This document shows, piece after piece, positions 8,919-18,367 of a stretch of DNA of 64,000 bases (within the stretch, counting starts at the first letter, position 1; the number at the start of each line of letters is the position of its first letter). The notes beneath the pieces were generated by a model. The model worked only from the letters and a program-made list of their open reading frames with translations, searched no databases and was not told where the DNA came from. The stretch is taken from NCBI GenBank assembly GCA_964595465.1, contig CAZQQI010000007.1, positions 3,930 to 67,929 of the forward strand. The letters are read 5' to 3'. This DNA comes from an uncultured Planctomycetales bacterium (GTDB lineage: Bacteria; Omnitrophota; Gorgyraeia; Zapsychrales; JANLHA01). Both the position numbers and the translations under genes were made by a program.

Positions 8919-11256
8919 TCGATTTTTTTCGCATCAGCAGAGACCAAACGATAAAACTGAAGAGGGAAAGGATAATTCCCAGCCGGAATGATTCCGGGCG
9001 GAACCGCATTTTTACAGTGTGTTTTCCGGCAGGGACAAAGACCGCGCGGGTCAGGATGTTGGCAGGGTAGATCCGGGCGGGGCGGCCGTCGACGGTGGCC
9101 TCCCAATCCGGGTGATACGTGTCGCTTAAGACCAGCAATCCGTCATGTTCCATATCAGCAGAGATTGTAAGGCTGTTTGGTGTGTAGGAAAGGATTGTTG
9201 CGTGAGAGTTATCCCGCAAAGGGGTTTGTGCCAGACGATTGATGAGGGACTCGTCCGGCGCTGCTTCGAGGATAACACCGTCGGAGAGCGTGCCTCTGGA
9301 CCGTTGCAGGAGAGTTTCGCTTTGTTCGGGAGAGGAGGTCATGATCGCGCGGTGCACAATATACGCGCGGGGGAAGGCGGTATGCGCATAAACCGCGGCT
9401 TCTTTCCGGTAAACCGGCTGTCCTGTTGCAGACAGGTTGAAGCGGTTGAGGTAGGGATGGGTCGGGTAAGGAGCAGCGGTGTAACGGACGTTCAGCATAT
9501 CGAGATACGGCCGGGCAGACGGCATAAACGTGAGAGGCGTCGCGTGGATGGCTGAGGTGTCGCGTTCTTTGTTAAAATGTCCGGGGATCAGAACGGCGTT
9601 GGTGAAACGGACTAGGCGGTCCATAAGAAGTCCCTGATTGATCCCCAGATCATTCAGCCGGTAGGCGGTGGCGGTATTAGGGTAAAGGGTCCAGAAGACT
9701 CCGTAAGTGCGGTTGGGGCCGGGCTGGTTCTTGATATATTCAATATAGGGGGTTTTAGGGAATGAATCAAAACGCCGGGCATGGTCACGGGGGATATAGC
9801 TAAAGATCTCAATGGTCAGGATAAAAAAGAGAGCGGTCGCGGCGGTGCGATGAGAAAGAACCCGGTATCGGTATAAGAGAATGATGATAATAAGAATAAT
9901 TAAAAAAATCCCGCTCTTGGTCAATGCCGGAACAGCTGTCTGGTGATACGGGTTCCCGTAGGATAGCCAGGCCCATATACCCGCGGCAATAATCAGGGAT
10001 GAATACAGCAGGATCTTTGCGTCGATCAAGCGGCGGGAAAGTAATGTCCGCATCCCCATGCCGGCCAGCAGCGCAGTAAAAAACCCAAAGATATGCGGTG
10101 TATGAAAATCAAAGCGGATATGCCGGACCAGCGGAAGATAGCCGATCCAGTTGACGGCTGGGTGGTTGATATGATTTTTGGCAAAGACCAGAAAAAACAG
10201 GGCCAGAAAGAAAAAATTCAGGCCCCTCCGCTGCCGGGAGAAAATACTGAGAACGATCAGGCCTAGCGGAATGATGCCGATATATCCCCACCAGGAGGGG
10301 CGGGTGAAGTCCAGGGTGACCGGAACATTTTGAAAGAAGTGGGGAAAGACAAAGCCGATCAGACTTTCATGGATATGCCGGGATCCCGCTGCAGAGACAC
10401 CCATGGTTTCGGTATGGGAATGCCAGAAGACCCTCAGCCAATCCGCCAGAAAAGGCAGAAAGACGATGGCCGACAGGCCGAGGGCCAGGACATAGCTTCC
10501 CACGGCATACGCGCAGACAGCCGGCGGACGGGTTGATCTCCGCAGAACAATGCAGCGGAAGATCAGATAGAGCGCCGCGGCGCCGTTCACGATCACAATG
10601 TGCTCCGGGTGTCCGGCAAAAAAGGTCAGGGCAACGGCCAGGCTGAAAAAAGCGGCCCGGCGCCGGTCCGGCCGGCGGATGAGGCGTTCGGCGAAAAGCA
10701 GAAGGAGGGGGGTCAGGATCTCAACATTGGCATAGGCGTACTGGAACAGCACCATAGCACTGCTGAGCATAAAAATCACGCCGGTGGTCAGGGCCGGAAG
10801 AAAACGGTAACGCAGCTCCCGCATAAAACAGAATGCGAAAAATCCGCCCAGCAGAAGGCGCAGGAGGGTTACCGCGTCCCAGGCCCAGGTGTTGGGCAGA
10901 ATATAGAAAAGAAAATTCAGCGGCCAGAGCAGCCCCAGGTTCATCATGGCGATAAGCGGATAACCGCAGCCTTGATGAGGGTTCCAGAGAGGAAAAATGC
11001 CGTCCCGTAATGAGCGCCGGACAAATTCAAACATGGGCTCTTCCATAAAAGGTGTGGTGGTGCTGTGGACCGGGAAGGAGTCGAGCCGGTTTCCGGCCTG
11101 TTTGTAAGGTCCGCTGGTCAGGGCCTGGGGGTTGGCCGTCGAGACCTTGAGCGTGCGGTCGAAGAAAAGAATATCGTAAAAACAAAGTGCCAGCACGGCG
11201 CTGAGCAGCAGGCCGGCCCATAGCATGGTGTATTTGCGGGAAAATGGTAAATGCAT
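8896..11256 (-). CDS. YfhO-family polytopic membrane protein (putative glycosyltransferase for envelope glycans).
   Basis: At 786 aa it carries many TM helices and ends in the typical YfhO C-terminal beta region (ANILTRAVFVPAGKHTVKMRFRPESF) before a final TM. Its 3' end converges on the DUF523 gene. Confidence 0.55.
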   Translation of the reverse strand: MHLPFSRKYTMLWAGLLLSAVLALCFYDILFFDRTLKVSTANPQALTSGPYKQAGNRLDSFPVHSTTTPFMEEPMFEFVRRSLRDGIFPLWNPHQGCGYPLIAMMNLGLLWPLNFLFYILPNTWAWDAVTLLRLLLGGFFAFCFMRELRYRFLPALTTGVIFMLSSAMVLFQYAYANVEILTPLLLLFAERLIRRPDRRRAAFFSLAVALTFFAGHPEHIVIVNGAAALYLIFRCIVLRRSTRPPAVCAYAVGSYVLALGLSAIVFLPFLADWLRVFWHSHTETMGVSAAGSRHIHESLIGFVFPHFFQNVPVTLDFTRPSWWGYIGIIPLGLIVLSIFSRQRRGLNFFFLALFFLVFAKNHINHPAVNWIGYLPLVRHIRFDFHTPHIFGFFTALLAGMGMRTLLSRRLIDAKILLYSSLIIAAGIWAWLSYGNPYHQTAVPALTKSGIFLIILIIIILLYRYRVLSHRTAATALFFILTIEIFSYIPRDHARRFDSFPKTPYIEYIKNQPGPNRTYGVFWTLYPNTATAYRLNDLGINQGLLMDRLVRFTNAVLIPGHFNKERDTSAIHATPLTFMPSARPYLDMLNVRYTAAPYPTHPYLNRFNLSATGQPVYRKEAAVYAHTAFPRAYIVHRAIMTSSPEQSETLLQRSRGTLSDGVILEAAPDESLINRLAQTPLRDNSHATILSYTPNSLTISADMEHDGLLVLSDTYHPDWEATVDGRPARIYPANILTRAVFVPAGKHTVKMRFRPESFRLGIILSLFSFIVWSLLMRKKSISGKDGR

Positions 11257-11369
11257 ATGCCGTTATTATAGCCGTGGCGGGGGTATGACTCAAACAGAAT
11301 TTGCGGACTCTTGTCCGTCCCTGCACCCTTTGCTATTCTCCATTCGCTATTCGCTATTCTCTTGCCTCC

Positions 11370-11397
11370 TTGACAGGCGGGCGCAGGGATCTATAAT
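11370..11397 (+). promoter_or_regulatory. Near-consensus sigma-70 promoter (TTGACA-16-TATAAT) that gives a leaderless transcript for the downstream gene.
   Basis: TTGACA lies at 11370-11375 and TATAAT at 11392-11397. The start codon at 11407 is only about 10 nt downstream and has no SD. Tandem GCTATTC heptamers lie just upstream. Confidence 0.55.
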
Positions 11398-11406
11398 TAG
11401 GCCGCA

Positions 11407-12876
11407 ATGTCTACGCATAAAGTCCATATCCAATTTCCTCACAGCAAACGTCTCCGCAGGCCGACTGAAGCGGTCATCGCGCAAGTGGTTCGGGAGTTAT
11501 TTTCTGATAGCCGGCGCCCGGTTTTGATCGCGGTGGGTGGTCCGGGCGGGATCGGAAAATCCCGTTTCAGCCGCGCTTTAAAGAAAGAGCTGAAAGAAGC
11601 CGCCGTTCTCACATTGGATGATTATAAAACGCCTCGGGTCGAACGCGCGCGAAGCGGTGTCTTCGGCGCTGATCCCCGCGCGAACAAGATGGATCTTATC
11701 CGGGAACATCTGCGGGCGCTCCGGGAACGCCGCGCGGTCCGCAAGCCGGTTTATGATGCCGTGACCGGGGGTGCGGACCGTGACGAGTCTTTTGCACCGG
11801 AGTCTTTCGTCATCCTTGATGGGGAGATCTCGACTTATCGTCAATTTCGTGATCTCGTAGATTTTGCTGTCTTTATTGACGCGGATTGGAAGACCCAGCT
11901 GGCGACCCGTCTGGACCGGGATATTCAGGTCCGGAAATACAGCCATGAAAAGGCTGTGGCTACGTTTCTGCAAAGCAATTTACGGGAATTCAGTGTTCAT
12001 GGAGCAGAGAGTAAGAGCTGGGCGGATCTCCATCTTTTCTGTCTCGATGATTACCGCCTGGTGATCGAAGCCTTTCATGAAGATGTTTTTCAGCGTTGCC
12101 GTCCATTTCTGGACGATGGTATTCATACCCTTGACCTCAGGGAAGGGGTTATTGTTCCTGTGCTGACTCCGTTCCAAGAAGACGGTTCTGTCGATCAGCA
12201 GGCCTTTGCTGAACACCTGGCTTTTTTAAGCAGTGCCGGGATCCGCCGGATCCTGGTCAGCGGGTTTAGCGGAGAATTTTTTTCTTTGACGTATCAAGAG
12301 AGGCGGCTCCTGCTTAAGTTAGCCTGCGAATATTTTCCAGGGATGATACTCTTTCATACCGGCGCGGAAGGTCTTGCTCAGATCGAGGCCGAGGCGCATT
12401 GGGCAGATACTTATGGGGCTGACGGTATTGTTGTCAGCGTGCCCTATTTTTTAAGATCTTTTTCAGCAGAAGGTTTGCGCGCGTTCTTCCAGAGTGTAGG
12501 CGAAAGTGTTCAGCATCAGCTGGTCGTTGATGATCGGGAAGGCCTGATACCGGACGCGTTATACAAAAAGATCCCCTGCCATGCGGTAATTACTCGGCCT
12601 GCTTCCGGTTTTGAGAGGCGGATCGTTTTTTCGGATGATCTTGAATGTCCCGGTCCGGGCGCGGGAAGGATCAGCCAATTGGCGAACGCTTTTCCTGAGT
12701 GTTTCACCTCCGGGAGTGCGGGAAAAGGGTTTGTTATGGACATGGCGGACATGCCGTCCCGGCACGCGGGAAATATAGAAATGATCTCGCCGCTCAAACA
12801 GGCCCTGTCCCGGCGGATAGCGGGCTATCCGTCACGGGTGCGGCTTCCTCTGCTTGACGCAGCCGAGGAAAAATAA
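11407..12876 (+). CDS. Fusion protein: an N-terminal uridine-kinase/phosphoribulokinase-like P-loop domain joined to a C-terminal DapA/NAL-family (class I aldolase-like) domain.
   Basis: The N-terminus has the GGPGGIGKS P-loop and PRK/Udk-like core (VILDGE...FAVFIDAD). The C-terminus has the DHDPS-like VIVPVLTPFQEDGSVD...ILVSGFSGEFFSLTYQER. The region where the Schiff-base Lys is expected reads IPCHAVITRPASG, with no Lys. Confidence 0.55.
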   Translation: MSTHKVHIQFPHSKRLRRPTEAVIAQVVRELFSDSRRPVLIAVGGPGGIGKSRFSRALKKELKEAAVLTLDDYKTPRVERARSGVFGADPRANKMDLIREHLRALRERRAVRKPVYDAVTGGADRDESFAPESFVILDGEISTYRQFRDLVDFAVFIDADWKTQLATRLDRDIQVRKYSHEKAVATFLQSNLREFSVHGAESKSWADLHLFCLDDYRLVIEAFHEDVFQRCRPFLDDGIHTLDLREGVIVPVLTPFQEDGSVDQQAFAEHLAFLSSAGIRRILVSGFSGEFFSLTYQERRLLLKLACEYFPGMILFHTGAEGLAQIEAEAHWADTYGADGIVVSVPYFLRSFSAEGLRAFFQSVGESVQHQLVVDDREGLIPDALYKKIPCHAVITRPASGFERRIVFSDDLECPGPGAGRISQLANAFPECFTSGSAGKGFVMDMADMPSRHAGNIEMISPLKQALSRRIAGYPSRVRLPLLDAAEEK

Positions 12877-12934
12877 GGGGGCTGGCGACAAAAATCCTTT
12901 TGAATAAGGTGATTTCATTTTATACTGTTAATAT

Positions 12935-13324
12935 ATGAAGATGCGTTATTTCAAAATTTCAGCTGCCGTCCTTTTTCCTTTGATACTGGGCTGTGCTTCG
13001 GCAGTCCAGAGAGACTCCCGTTTAGCCACAGAAAAGGGGAGTCTGCTTAACACCAGTGAGACAGAGGATCTCGGAGAGGCGGCCGCGGCGCTCAAGTCAG
13101 TGGCCGGGTCACTCACGGAGAAAGAAATGACCAATGAAGAGGCCCGCGAGGCAGTGCAAAGGCTGAAAAATGACGAGGAGGCCCAATCAGCTGTCCGGGC
13201 GATATCGACCTCGTTTGATCATGAGGTGTCCAATGTCAAGTATTCCCCGGTGACCGGAAAGCGTTACAGCGGGGACCTGGAATATGATCCCGAGACCGGG
13301 GTGAAGCTGCTGCCGGTGGAGTAG
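12935..13324 (+). CDS. Hypothetical lipoprotein.
   Basis: A signal peptide carries the lipobox LILGC. The mature protein is acidic and low in complexity. Confidence 0.5.
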   Translation: MKMRYFKISAAVLFPLILGCASAVQRDSRLATEKGSLLNTSETEDLGEAAAALKSVAGSLTEKEMTNEEAREAVQRLKNDEEAQSAVRAISTSFDHEVSNVKYSPVTGKRYSGDLEYDPETGVKLLPVE

Positions 13325-13332
13325 GAGAGTTT

Positions 13333-13851
13333 ATGTTTGAAGGACTAAAGGGTAAAATTCTGGTGCTCGTGCTGATCATTTTTGCGGCGCGCGCGGCGGT
13401 TCACAATCTGCATGACCCTTTCCGCTATAAAGGTCCCTGGTATACGGTTAACCGTCCGGTAGGATGGAAGGTCGAAGAAGTCGAAAATGAAGTTCTTTTC
13501 AAAAGTCCGAAAACCCGCGGGGCAGTCCCTGAGGCGATCTTTTCCATCTACGGGATCAAGCCCGAGCAGGCGATCTTCATGGAGGATTTTTTTGCTGAGG
13601 TCCTGGAGCAGCTTCGTTATCAGAAGGGTGAACTGCTGGACAAGGGGCAGATCGAGATCGATGGGCAGGTTTCCCATTGGACCCTGTTCAAGAACCGCAC
13701 CCCGCCCCTGGCGATCCTGACTTTTTATACGGTGGATGATTTTAACCGGCTTACCAAGATTCAGTACATTGCTCCTTATCAAACCTTTGATGACTATCGG
13801 GAAAAATTTGATGCGTTCAAAGACAGCTTTCAATTCAAGGGAATTTTTTAA
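13333..13851 (+). CDS. Hypothetical exported protein.
   Basis: An N-terminal hydrophobic signal (ILVLVLIIFAARAAV) is followed by a mixed alpha/beta region with no recognisable catalytic motifs. Confidence 0.4.
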   Translation: MFEGLKGKILVLVLIIFAARAAVHNLHDPFRYKGPWYTVNRPVGWKVEEVENEVLFKSPKTRGAVPEAIFSIYGIKPEQAIFMEDFFAEVLEQLRYQKGELLDKGQIEIDGQVSHWTLFKNRTPPLAILTFYTVDDFNRLTKIQYIAPYQTFDDYREKFDAFKDSFQFKGIF

Positions 13852-13927
13852 GCTGTTAATTTTACATGAATGAATGCCTTCTCCTTACAGCATTAGAATT
13901 CTCCCCTCAGGATCTTTTCCGAGGTTT

Positions 13928-13977
13928 TTCACATGAATGTCACACCCATCCCGCCGTTTCTTCACTCACTATCCACA
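13928..13977 (+). promoter_or_regulatory. Pho-box-like direct repeats (hexamers with 11-bp periodicity) upstream of phoBR.
   Basis: TTCACA-N5-GTCACA lies at 13928-13944 and TTCACT-N5-TCCACA at 13961-13977. A TTTACA-tgaat-GAATG element lies near 13866. Confidence 0.3.
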
Positions 13978-14269
13978 TACTTTAAGCAGAGAAATGGATC
14001 AATGTTATACAGAAAGTGTGGGGAACTATGCAGAAAAAGATTTTTTTGCGTTATCGGATGAGGTATCAACCACGATTAGCCTCGAAAATCCGGTATAAAA
14101 AAGAAACACGGTCCAGCATTCTCGATTGGCGGCCTCAAGAAAATGTTCCGCGTCAGTTCAAAAACCGCCGGTTTATTTTTGCGGGCTGAAGAGATTGCCG
14201 GGATAGCTGTTGCGGGAAGTTCGGATTTTGGATACTATATTTATAAGGAATACATAAGGAGTAAAGGAT

Positions 14270-14965
14270 ATGGGGACAAAAGAATCTATCCTGATCGTTG
14301 AAGATGACAAGCATATCGCCAAGCTGATCCGGTATAATCTGGAAAAAGAAGGGTATGACTGTTCCCTGGTCATTACCGGGGAAGACGCCCTGGAAACGCT
14401 GGAAACAGCCCCGATCGATCTGATCGTGCTTGATGTCATGCTGCCCAAGATGGACGGGTTTGAAGTCTGTAAACGAATCCGTCAGGATAAATCCGTGTCC
14501 CATATTCCGATTATTATGCTCACAGCGCGCGGAGAAGAAGTCGACCGCATTGTGGGCCTGGAACTCGGCGCAGACGATTACATGATCAAGCCGTTCAGCC
14601 CGCGGGAGCTGATTCTGCGTATTAAATCCATTTTGCGCAGAGGAATACACAAAGAAGATGCCGAGCAGGATGTCTTGTCGGCGGATTGCATATTGGTCAA
14701 TATTCCTCGCCATACGGTTAAAGTGGATGGAGAAAAGGTCAATTTGACGCCGATGGAATTTAAACTGCTGACCACGATGCTGAAACGTAAAGGCCGTGTT
14801 CAATCCCGTGATATTCTGCTCGATAAAGTGTGGGGGATTTCGGCGGACGTGACCACCCGTACCGTGGATACTCATATTAAGCTTTTACGTCAGAAGCTGG
14901 GTTCTGCCGGGAAACTGATCGAAACCGTGCGCGGCCTGGGGTATAAGATCAATGATGACGAATAA
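14270..14965 (+). CDS. phoB: OmpR/PhoB-family response regulator, likely the phosphate regulon regulator.
   Basis: The receiver domain (LIVEDD...DLIVLDVMLP..DG) is followed by a winged-helix output domain (LTPMEFKLL...VRGLGYKI). Assignment as phoB rests on synteny with the phoR-like kinase and pstSCAB-phoU. Confidence 0.75.
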   Translation: MGTKESILIVEDDKHIAKLIRYNLEKEGYDCSLVITGEDALETLETAPIDLIVLDVMLPKMDGFEVCKRIRQDKSVSHIPIIMLTARGEEVDRIVGLELGADDYMIKPFSPRELILRIKSILRRGIHKEDAEQDVLSADCILVNIPRHTVKVDGEKVNLTPMEFKLLTTMLKRKGRVQSRDILLDKVWGISADVTTRTVDTHIKLLRQKLGSAGKLIETVRGLGYKINDDE

Positions 14966-16733
14966 GACAATCCGCTTTCCGGTCTATATCAAGATCACTA
15001 TAATTTTTACTCTCATTACCGCTGTTCTGCTTATCGGCCTATATCTGTCTTTACGCAGCAATTTCCGGGAAATGGCTTACAGCAACATTGAGCGGAGGCT
15101 TGAACACGAGATCTCCCTGGTGAGATACATGGCCGAACAGCAGCTTCCGGCAATGCATGCTGATGCCTTCGCGGACCGTATCGGCCGCGCCCTGGATTTG
15201 CGGGTCACGGTTATTGATATGACGGGGCGGGTGATCGGGGATTCTCAAGTTCCCGGACAGCACCTTGATCAGCTGGAGGACCACAGCACACGTCCGGAAG
15301 TTCAGCAGGCCCTGGCTGGAGAGATCGGCCGGAGCCGGCGCTTCAGTACAACGATCCAGCAGAATTTATTATATATGGCTGAAACCTATAGTCAGCCTCC
15401 GCAAGGGATTATCCGCCTGGCGATTCCGCTCATTGATATTGCGCAGATCTCCCGCCGTTTGAATAAGGACCTGTTGGGCGCGCTTGCCGGTGTTTTCTTT
15501 TTTACGATCATCATTGCTGTGATCGTTTCCCGCTGGATCACCCGCCCTTTGGCAGAGATCGTCCGCGGCGCCCGGCGTATTTCTGTAGGGAATTTCGGCA
15601 CCCGTATTATGATCAAGGCACGGGATGAGATCGGGGATCTGGCCCGGGTCTTTAATGATATGAGTGATCAGATCCGTTCCCGGATCAGTGACGTCTCTAT
15701 AGAGAAATCCCGTCTGGAAGCCGTTTTTTCCAGTATGATGGAGGGGGTTCTGGTCATAGACCGTCAGGGGCAGATCCTTCTGCTGAATGATGCTCTGCGT
15801 AATCTGCTGCATATCTCTAATAAGGCCGAAGGCCTCAGGCCTCTGGAGGTGATCCGTAACGCGGATATTCAGCAGATGGTCACGGAATGTCAGCAGAAGA
15901 AAGGGGCGGTTCTTTCCCGCGAAGTGGTTTTCATGCGGGAAGAAGAACGGGTTCTGCAGGTCCATGGGGCCTCTGTGATCAGAGAAGGAGAGAGTGAAGG
16001 GGTCGTGCTGGTTTTCCATGATATTACAGATATGCGTCATCTGGAAAAGGTTCGCAGGGATTTTGTGGCGAATGTTTCTCATGAATTACGCACTCCGATC
16101 GCCAGCATCAAAGGATATGCTGAGACATTATTAGACGGCGCTTTGCAGGATCAGGAGAACGCTGAAGAATTTGTGCGGATCATCTTTGCTGATTCCGACC
16201 GGTTGGCAAAATTGGTTGATGATATTCTGGCGCTTTCGGCGATCGAATCAGGAAAATTGATCCATGAGTTCGGCCCGTGTGAGCTTGAGCCTTTGATCGA
16301 TCGTGTTTTTCAGAGCGTTAAGGTTTTGGCTGAGGCGCGCCGGGTCCGCTTGGTCAAGCAGGGAGATTTTCAGGATCTTATCGTTCATGGAGATGAGATG
16401 AGCCTGTTCCGTATGCTGTTAAATCTGGTCGATAATGCTGTGAAGTACAATTCAGAAGGCGGTACGGTTACGGTTTCAGCCTTCCGTGAAGGGACGCGGA
16501 TCATTTTAAGTGTCCGCGACACCGGTCAGGGAATCCCCGCGGAAGATCAGTCCCGCATCTTTGAACGGTTTTACCGTGTTGATAAAGCGCATTCCCGCCA
16601 GATGGGCGGCACCGGGCTCGGTCTGGCCATCGTCAAACATATTGTCCAAGCGCACGGCGGTATGATCTCCCTGGAAAGTGCCCCCGGTGAAGGTTCCGTC
16701 TTTACTGCAGACTTACCTGCCTCTGACGCTTAG
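14952..16733 (+). CDS. phoR: Sensor histidine kinase with two TM helices, a periplasmic domain, and HAMP, PAS, HisKA and HATPase domains (PhoR-like).
   Basis: The H-box is HELRTPIASIKGY. The G-boxes are GGTGLGLAIVK. The start overlaps the response regulator stop. Confidence 0.75.
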   Translation: MMTNKTIRFPVYIKITIIFTLITAVLLIGLYLSLRSNFREMAYSNIERRLEHEISLVRYMAEQQLPAMHADAFADRIGRALDLRVTVIDMTGRVIGDSQVPGQHLDQLEDHSTRPEVQQALAGEIGRSRRFSTTIQQNLLYMAETYSQPPQGIIRLAIPLIDIAQISRRLNKDLLGALAGVFFFTIIIAVIVSRWITRPLAEIVRGARRISVGNFGTRIMIKARDEIGDLARVFNDMSDQIRSRISDVSIEKSRLEAVFSSMMEGVLVIDRQGQILLLNDALRNLLHISNKAEGLRPLEVIRNADIQQMVTECQQKKGAVLSREVVFMREEERVLQVHGASVIREGESEGVVLVFHDITDMRHLEKVRRDFVANVSHELRTPIASIKGYAETLLDGALQDQENAEEFVRIIFADSDRLAKLVDDILALSAIESGKLIHEFGPCELEPLIDRVFQSVKVLAEARRVRLVKQGDFQDLIVHGDEMSLFRMLLNLVDNAVKYNSEGGTVTVSAFREGTRIILSVRDTGQGIPAEDQSRIFERFYRVDKAHSRQMGGTGLGLAIVKHIVQAHGGMISLESAPGEGSVFTADLPASDA

Positions 16734-16767
16734 AATTCAGAGACGAAATATCCCGGACGGCAATGCC

Positions 16768-16806
16768 TTCACATACTTATCACAATCTCTTCATATATTG
16801 CACATG
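16768..16806 (+). promoter_or_regulatory. Pho box array: TTCACA-N5-ATCACA-N5-TTCATA-N5-(CACATG), followed by a TAATAT -10 element.
   Basis: Three to four hexamer repeats at an exact 11-bp period occupy 16768, 16779, 16790 and 16801. A -10-like TAATAT lies at 16816-16821 upstream of the small-ORF/porin/pstSCAB/phoU operon. Confidence 0.45.
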
Positions 16807-16848
16807 CTGCCCCGTTAATATGAACTTGGCAAAGAAAGGAGGTGAACC

Positions 16849-17052
16849 ATGGATTTGATAACCCGTGCCGACAGACCTTCGAGTCTGCACAAAGATGTTA
16901 TTTCTCGCTGTCTGAGAACAGAAATTCAATGTCTGGAAAGTCTTCTGAAAACCCTTGAGCAGTCAGAATGGCCGAAGGATGATTATATACAGGAGTCTTT
17001 GAAATTTTCCTGTTCCAACCTCAAAGACTTGACCCGTTATCTGTCGAATTAA
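16849..17052 (+). CDS. Hypothetical 67-aa protein. It is the first cistron of the putative Pho-regulated operon.
   Basis: A strong SD (aaggaggtgaacc) precedes the ATG. No motifs are recognised. Confidence 0.35.
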   Translation: MDLITRADRPSSLHKDVISRCLRTEIQCLESLLKTLEQSEWPKDDYIQESLKFSCSNLKDLTRYLSN

Positions 17053-17067
17053 TCAAGGGGGAGAGAA

Positions 17068-18348
17068 ATGAAACGAATTTTAAGTTTGCTGTTAGCGGTC
17101 ATGATGCTGTCCGGTGTTTCGGCTCTGACGGCCCGTGCCGCGGAGATCGATGTCCTGCTGAATAAACTGGTGGAAAAAGGTGTTCTGACGCCGCTGGAAG
17201 CCCAGATCATTCAGGATGAAACAAAACAGGATGTGGCAGAGCAGATCGCTAAGGGCACGCATAATACCCTGCCAAGCTGGCTTCAGACGATCAAGCTCAA
17301 AGGGGATCTGCGTCTGCGTTATCAGGCGGATGAAAAGGAAAGCGATACCAGTGTCCGCAATCGCGGCCGATACCGTCTGCGCCTGGGAGCGTATGCCCAG
17401 CCTCATCCTGATCTGGCTGTCGGTATGCGTATTGCCACCGGAAGCAGTAATGACAGCCGGTCCACTAATGAGACCATGGGAGACAATTTCAGCAAGGACG
17501 ATCTCTGGATCGATCTGGCCTATGCTGAGTACACTCCGACGACCAATTTTTCATTGATCGGCGGAAAATTCAAACGCAAATCCTATCTGTGGGCGGCGAC
17601 CGACCTGTTGTGGGACGGAGATATCAATCCGGAAGGTGTGTCCGCACACGTCAGTTATCCGCTGATGGGCGATACCACCTTATTTGGAAACGCGGGTGCC
17701 TGGCTGATCGATGAAAAAGATGGGCAGTCGACCAGCGATACGGATCCGTTCCTGCACTATTATCAGGGCGGGATGAAGATGAAGTCCGGGAACCTGGACG
17801 GGAAATTGGCCGCGATCTATTACGGATTCGATGGTGTTCAGGGCGAGCCGTTGGATAACTCCGCGGAGAGTAACACGGTAATCGATACGGTAATCAATGA
17901 AAAAGACGTAGGTTTGCTGGTTTATGATTACGATGCTGTGGGGGCTTCTGCCGAGTTCGGCATCAAAAAGCTCTTTGGCGGCCTGCCTATGGGGATCGAT
18001 AACAGGATCGCGGTGTTCGGCGATTATATCCAGAACATCTCGGATAATGTGGAGAAAGACAGCGGATTTGCTGTCGGTGCCAAATTCGGGCATAAGAGCG
18101 TGAAGAAACCCGGGACCTGGCAGATGAAGTACATCTATGCCGAACTGGAAAAAGACGCCTTTATCGACGCTTATCCGGATTCTGACCGCTACGGAGGGCA
18201 AACCGATATTCAGGCGCATGAACTTTCCTGGAAATATGCCTGGAAAAAGAATGTAACCTTCGGCCTGGATTACTATCATAGCGATAAATTGGATGCGGAC
18301 TCTGACGCCGAAGATCTGCTGCAGGCAGACCTTCTGATCAAATTCTAA
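17068..18348 (+). CDS. Outer-membrane beta-barrel porin, probably a phosphate-selective OprO/OprP-like porin.
   Basis: It has a signal peptide (ALTARA-AE), an N-terminal coiled segment, a porin-like alternating pattern (KLKGDLRLRYQ...) and a C-terminal aromatic residue (KF). It sits immediately upstream of pstS. Confidence 0.5.
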   Translation: MKRILSLLLAVMMLSGVSALTARAAEIDVLLNKLVEKGVLTPLEAQIIQDETKQDVAEQIAKGTHNTLPSWLQTIKLKGDLRLRYQADEKESDTSVRNRGRYRLRLGAYAQPHPDLAVGMRIATGSSNDSRSTNETMGDNFSKDDLWIDLAYAEYTPTTNFSLIGGKFKRKSYLWAATDLLWDGDINPEGVSAHVSYPLMGDTTLFGNAGAWLIDEKDGQSTSDTDPFLHYYQGGMKMKSGNLDGKLAAIYYGFDGVQGEPLDNSAESNTVIDTVINEKDVGLLVYDYDAVGASAEFGIKKLFGGLPMGIDNRIAVFGDYIQNISDNVEKDSGFAVGAKFGHKSVKKPGTWQMKYIYAELEKDAFIDAYPDSDRYGGQTDIQAHELSWKYAWKKNVTFGLDYYHSDKLDADSDAEDLLQADLLIKF

Positions 18349-18367
18349 CCAGTCAACCGAAATAGGA

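Noticed and set aside
11332-11359. Considered whether the GCTATTC tandem repeats were a CRISPR-like or mobile element remnant.
   Set aside because: There are only three 7-bp copies with no spacers and no cas genes. A regulatory direct repeat next to the promoter is more plausible.
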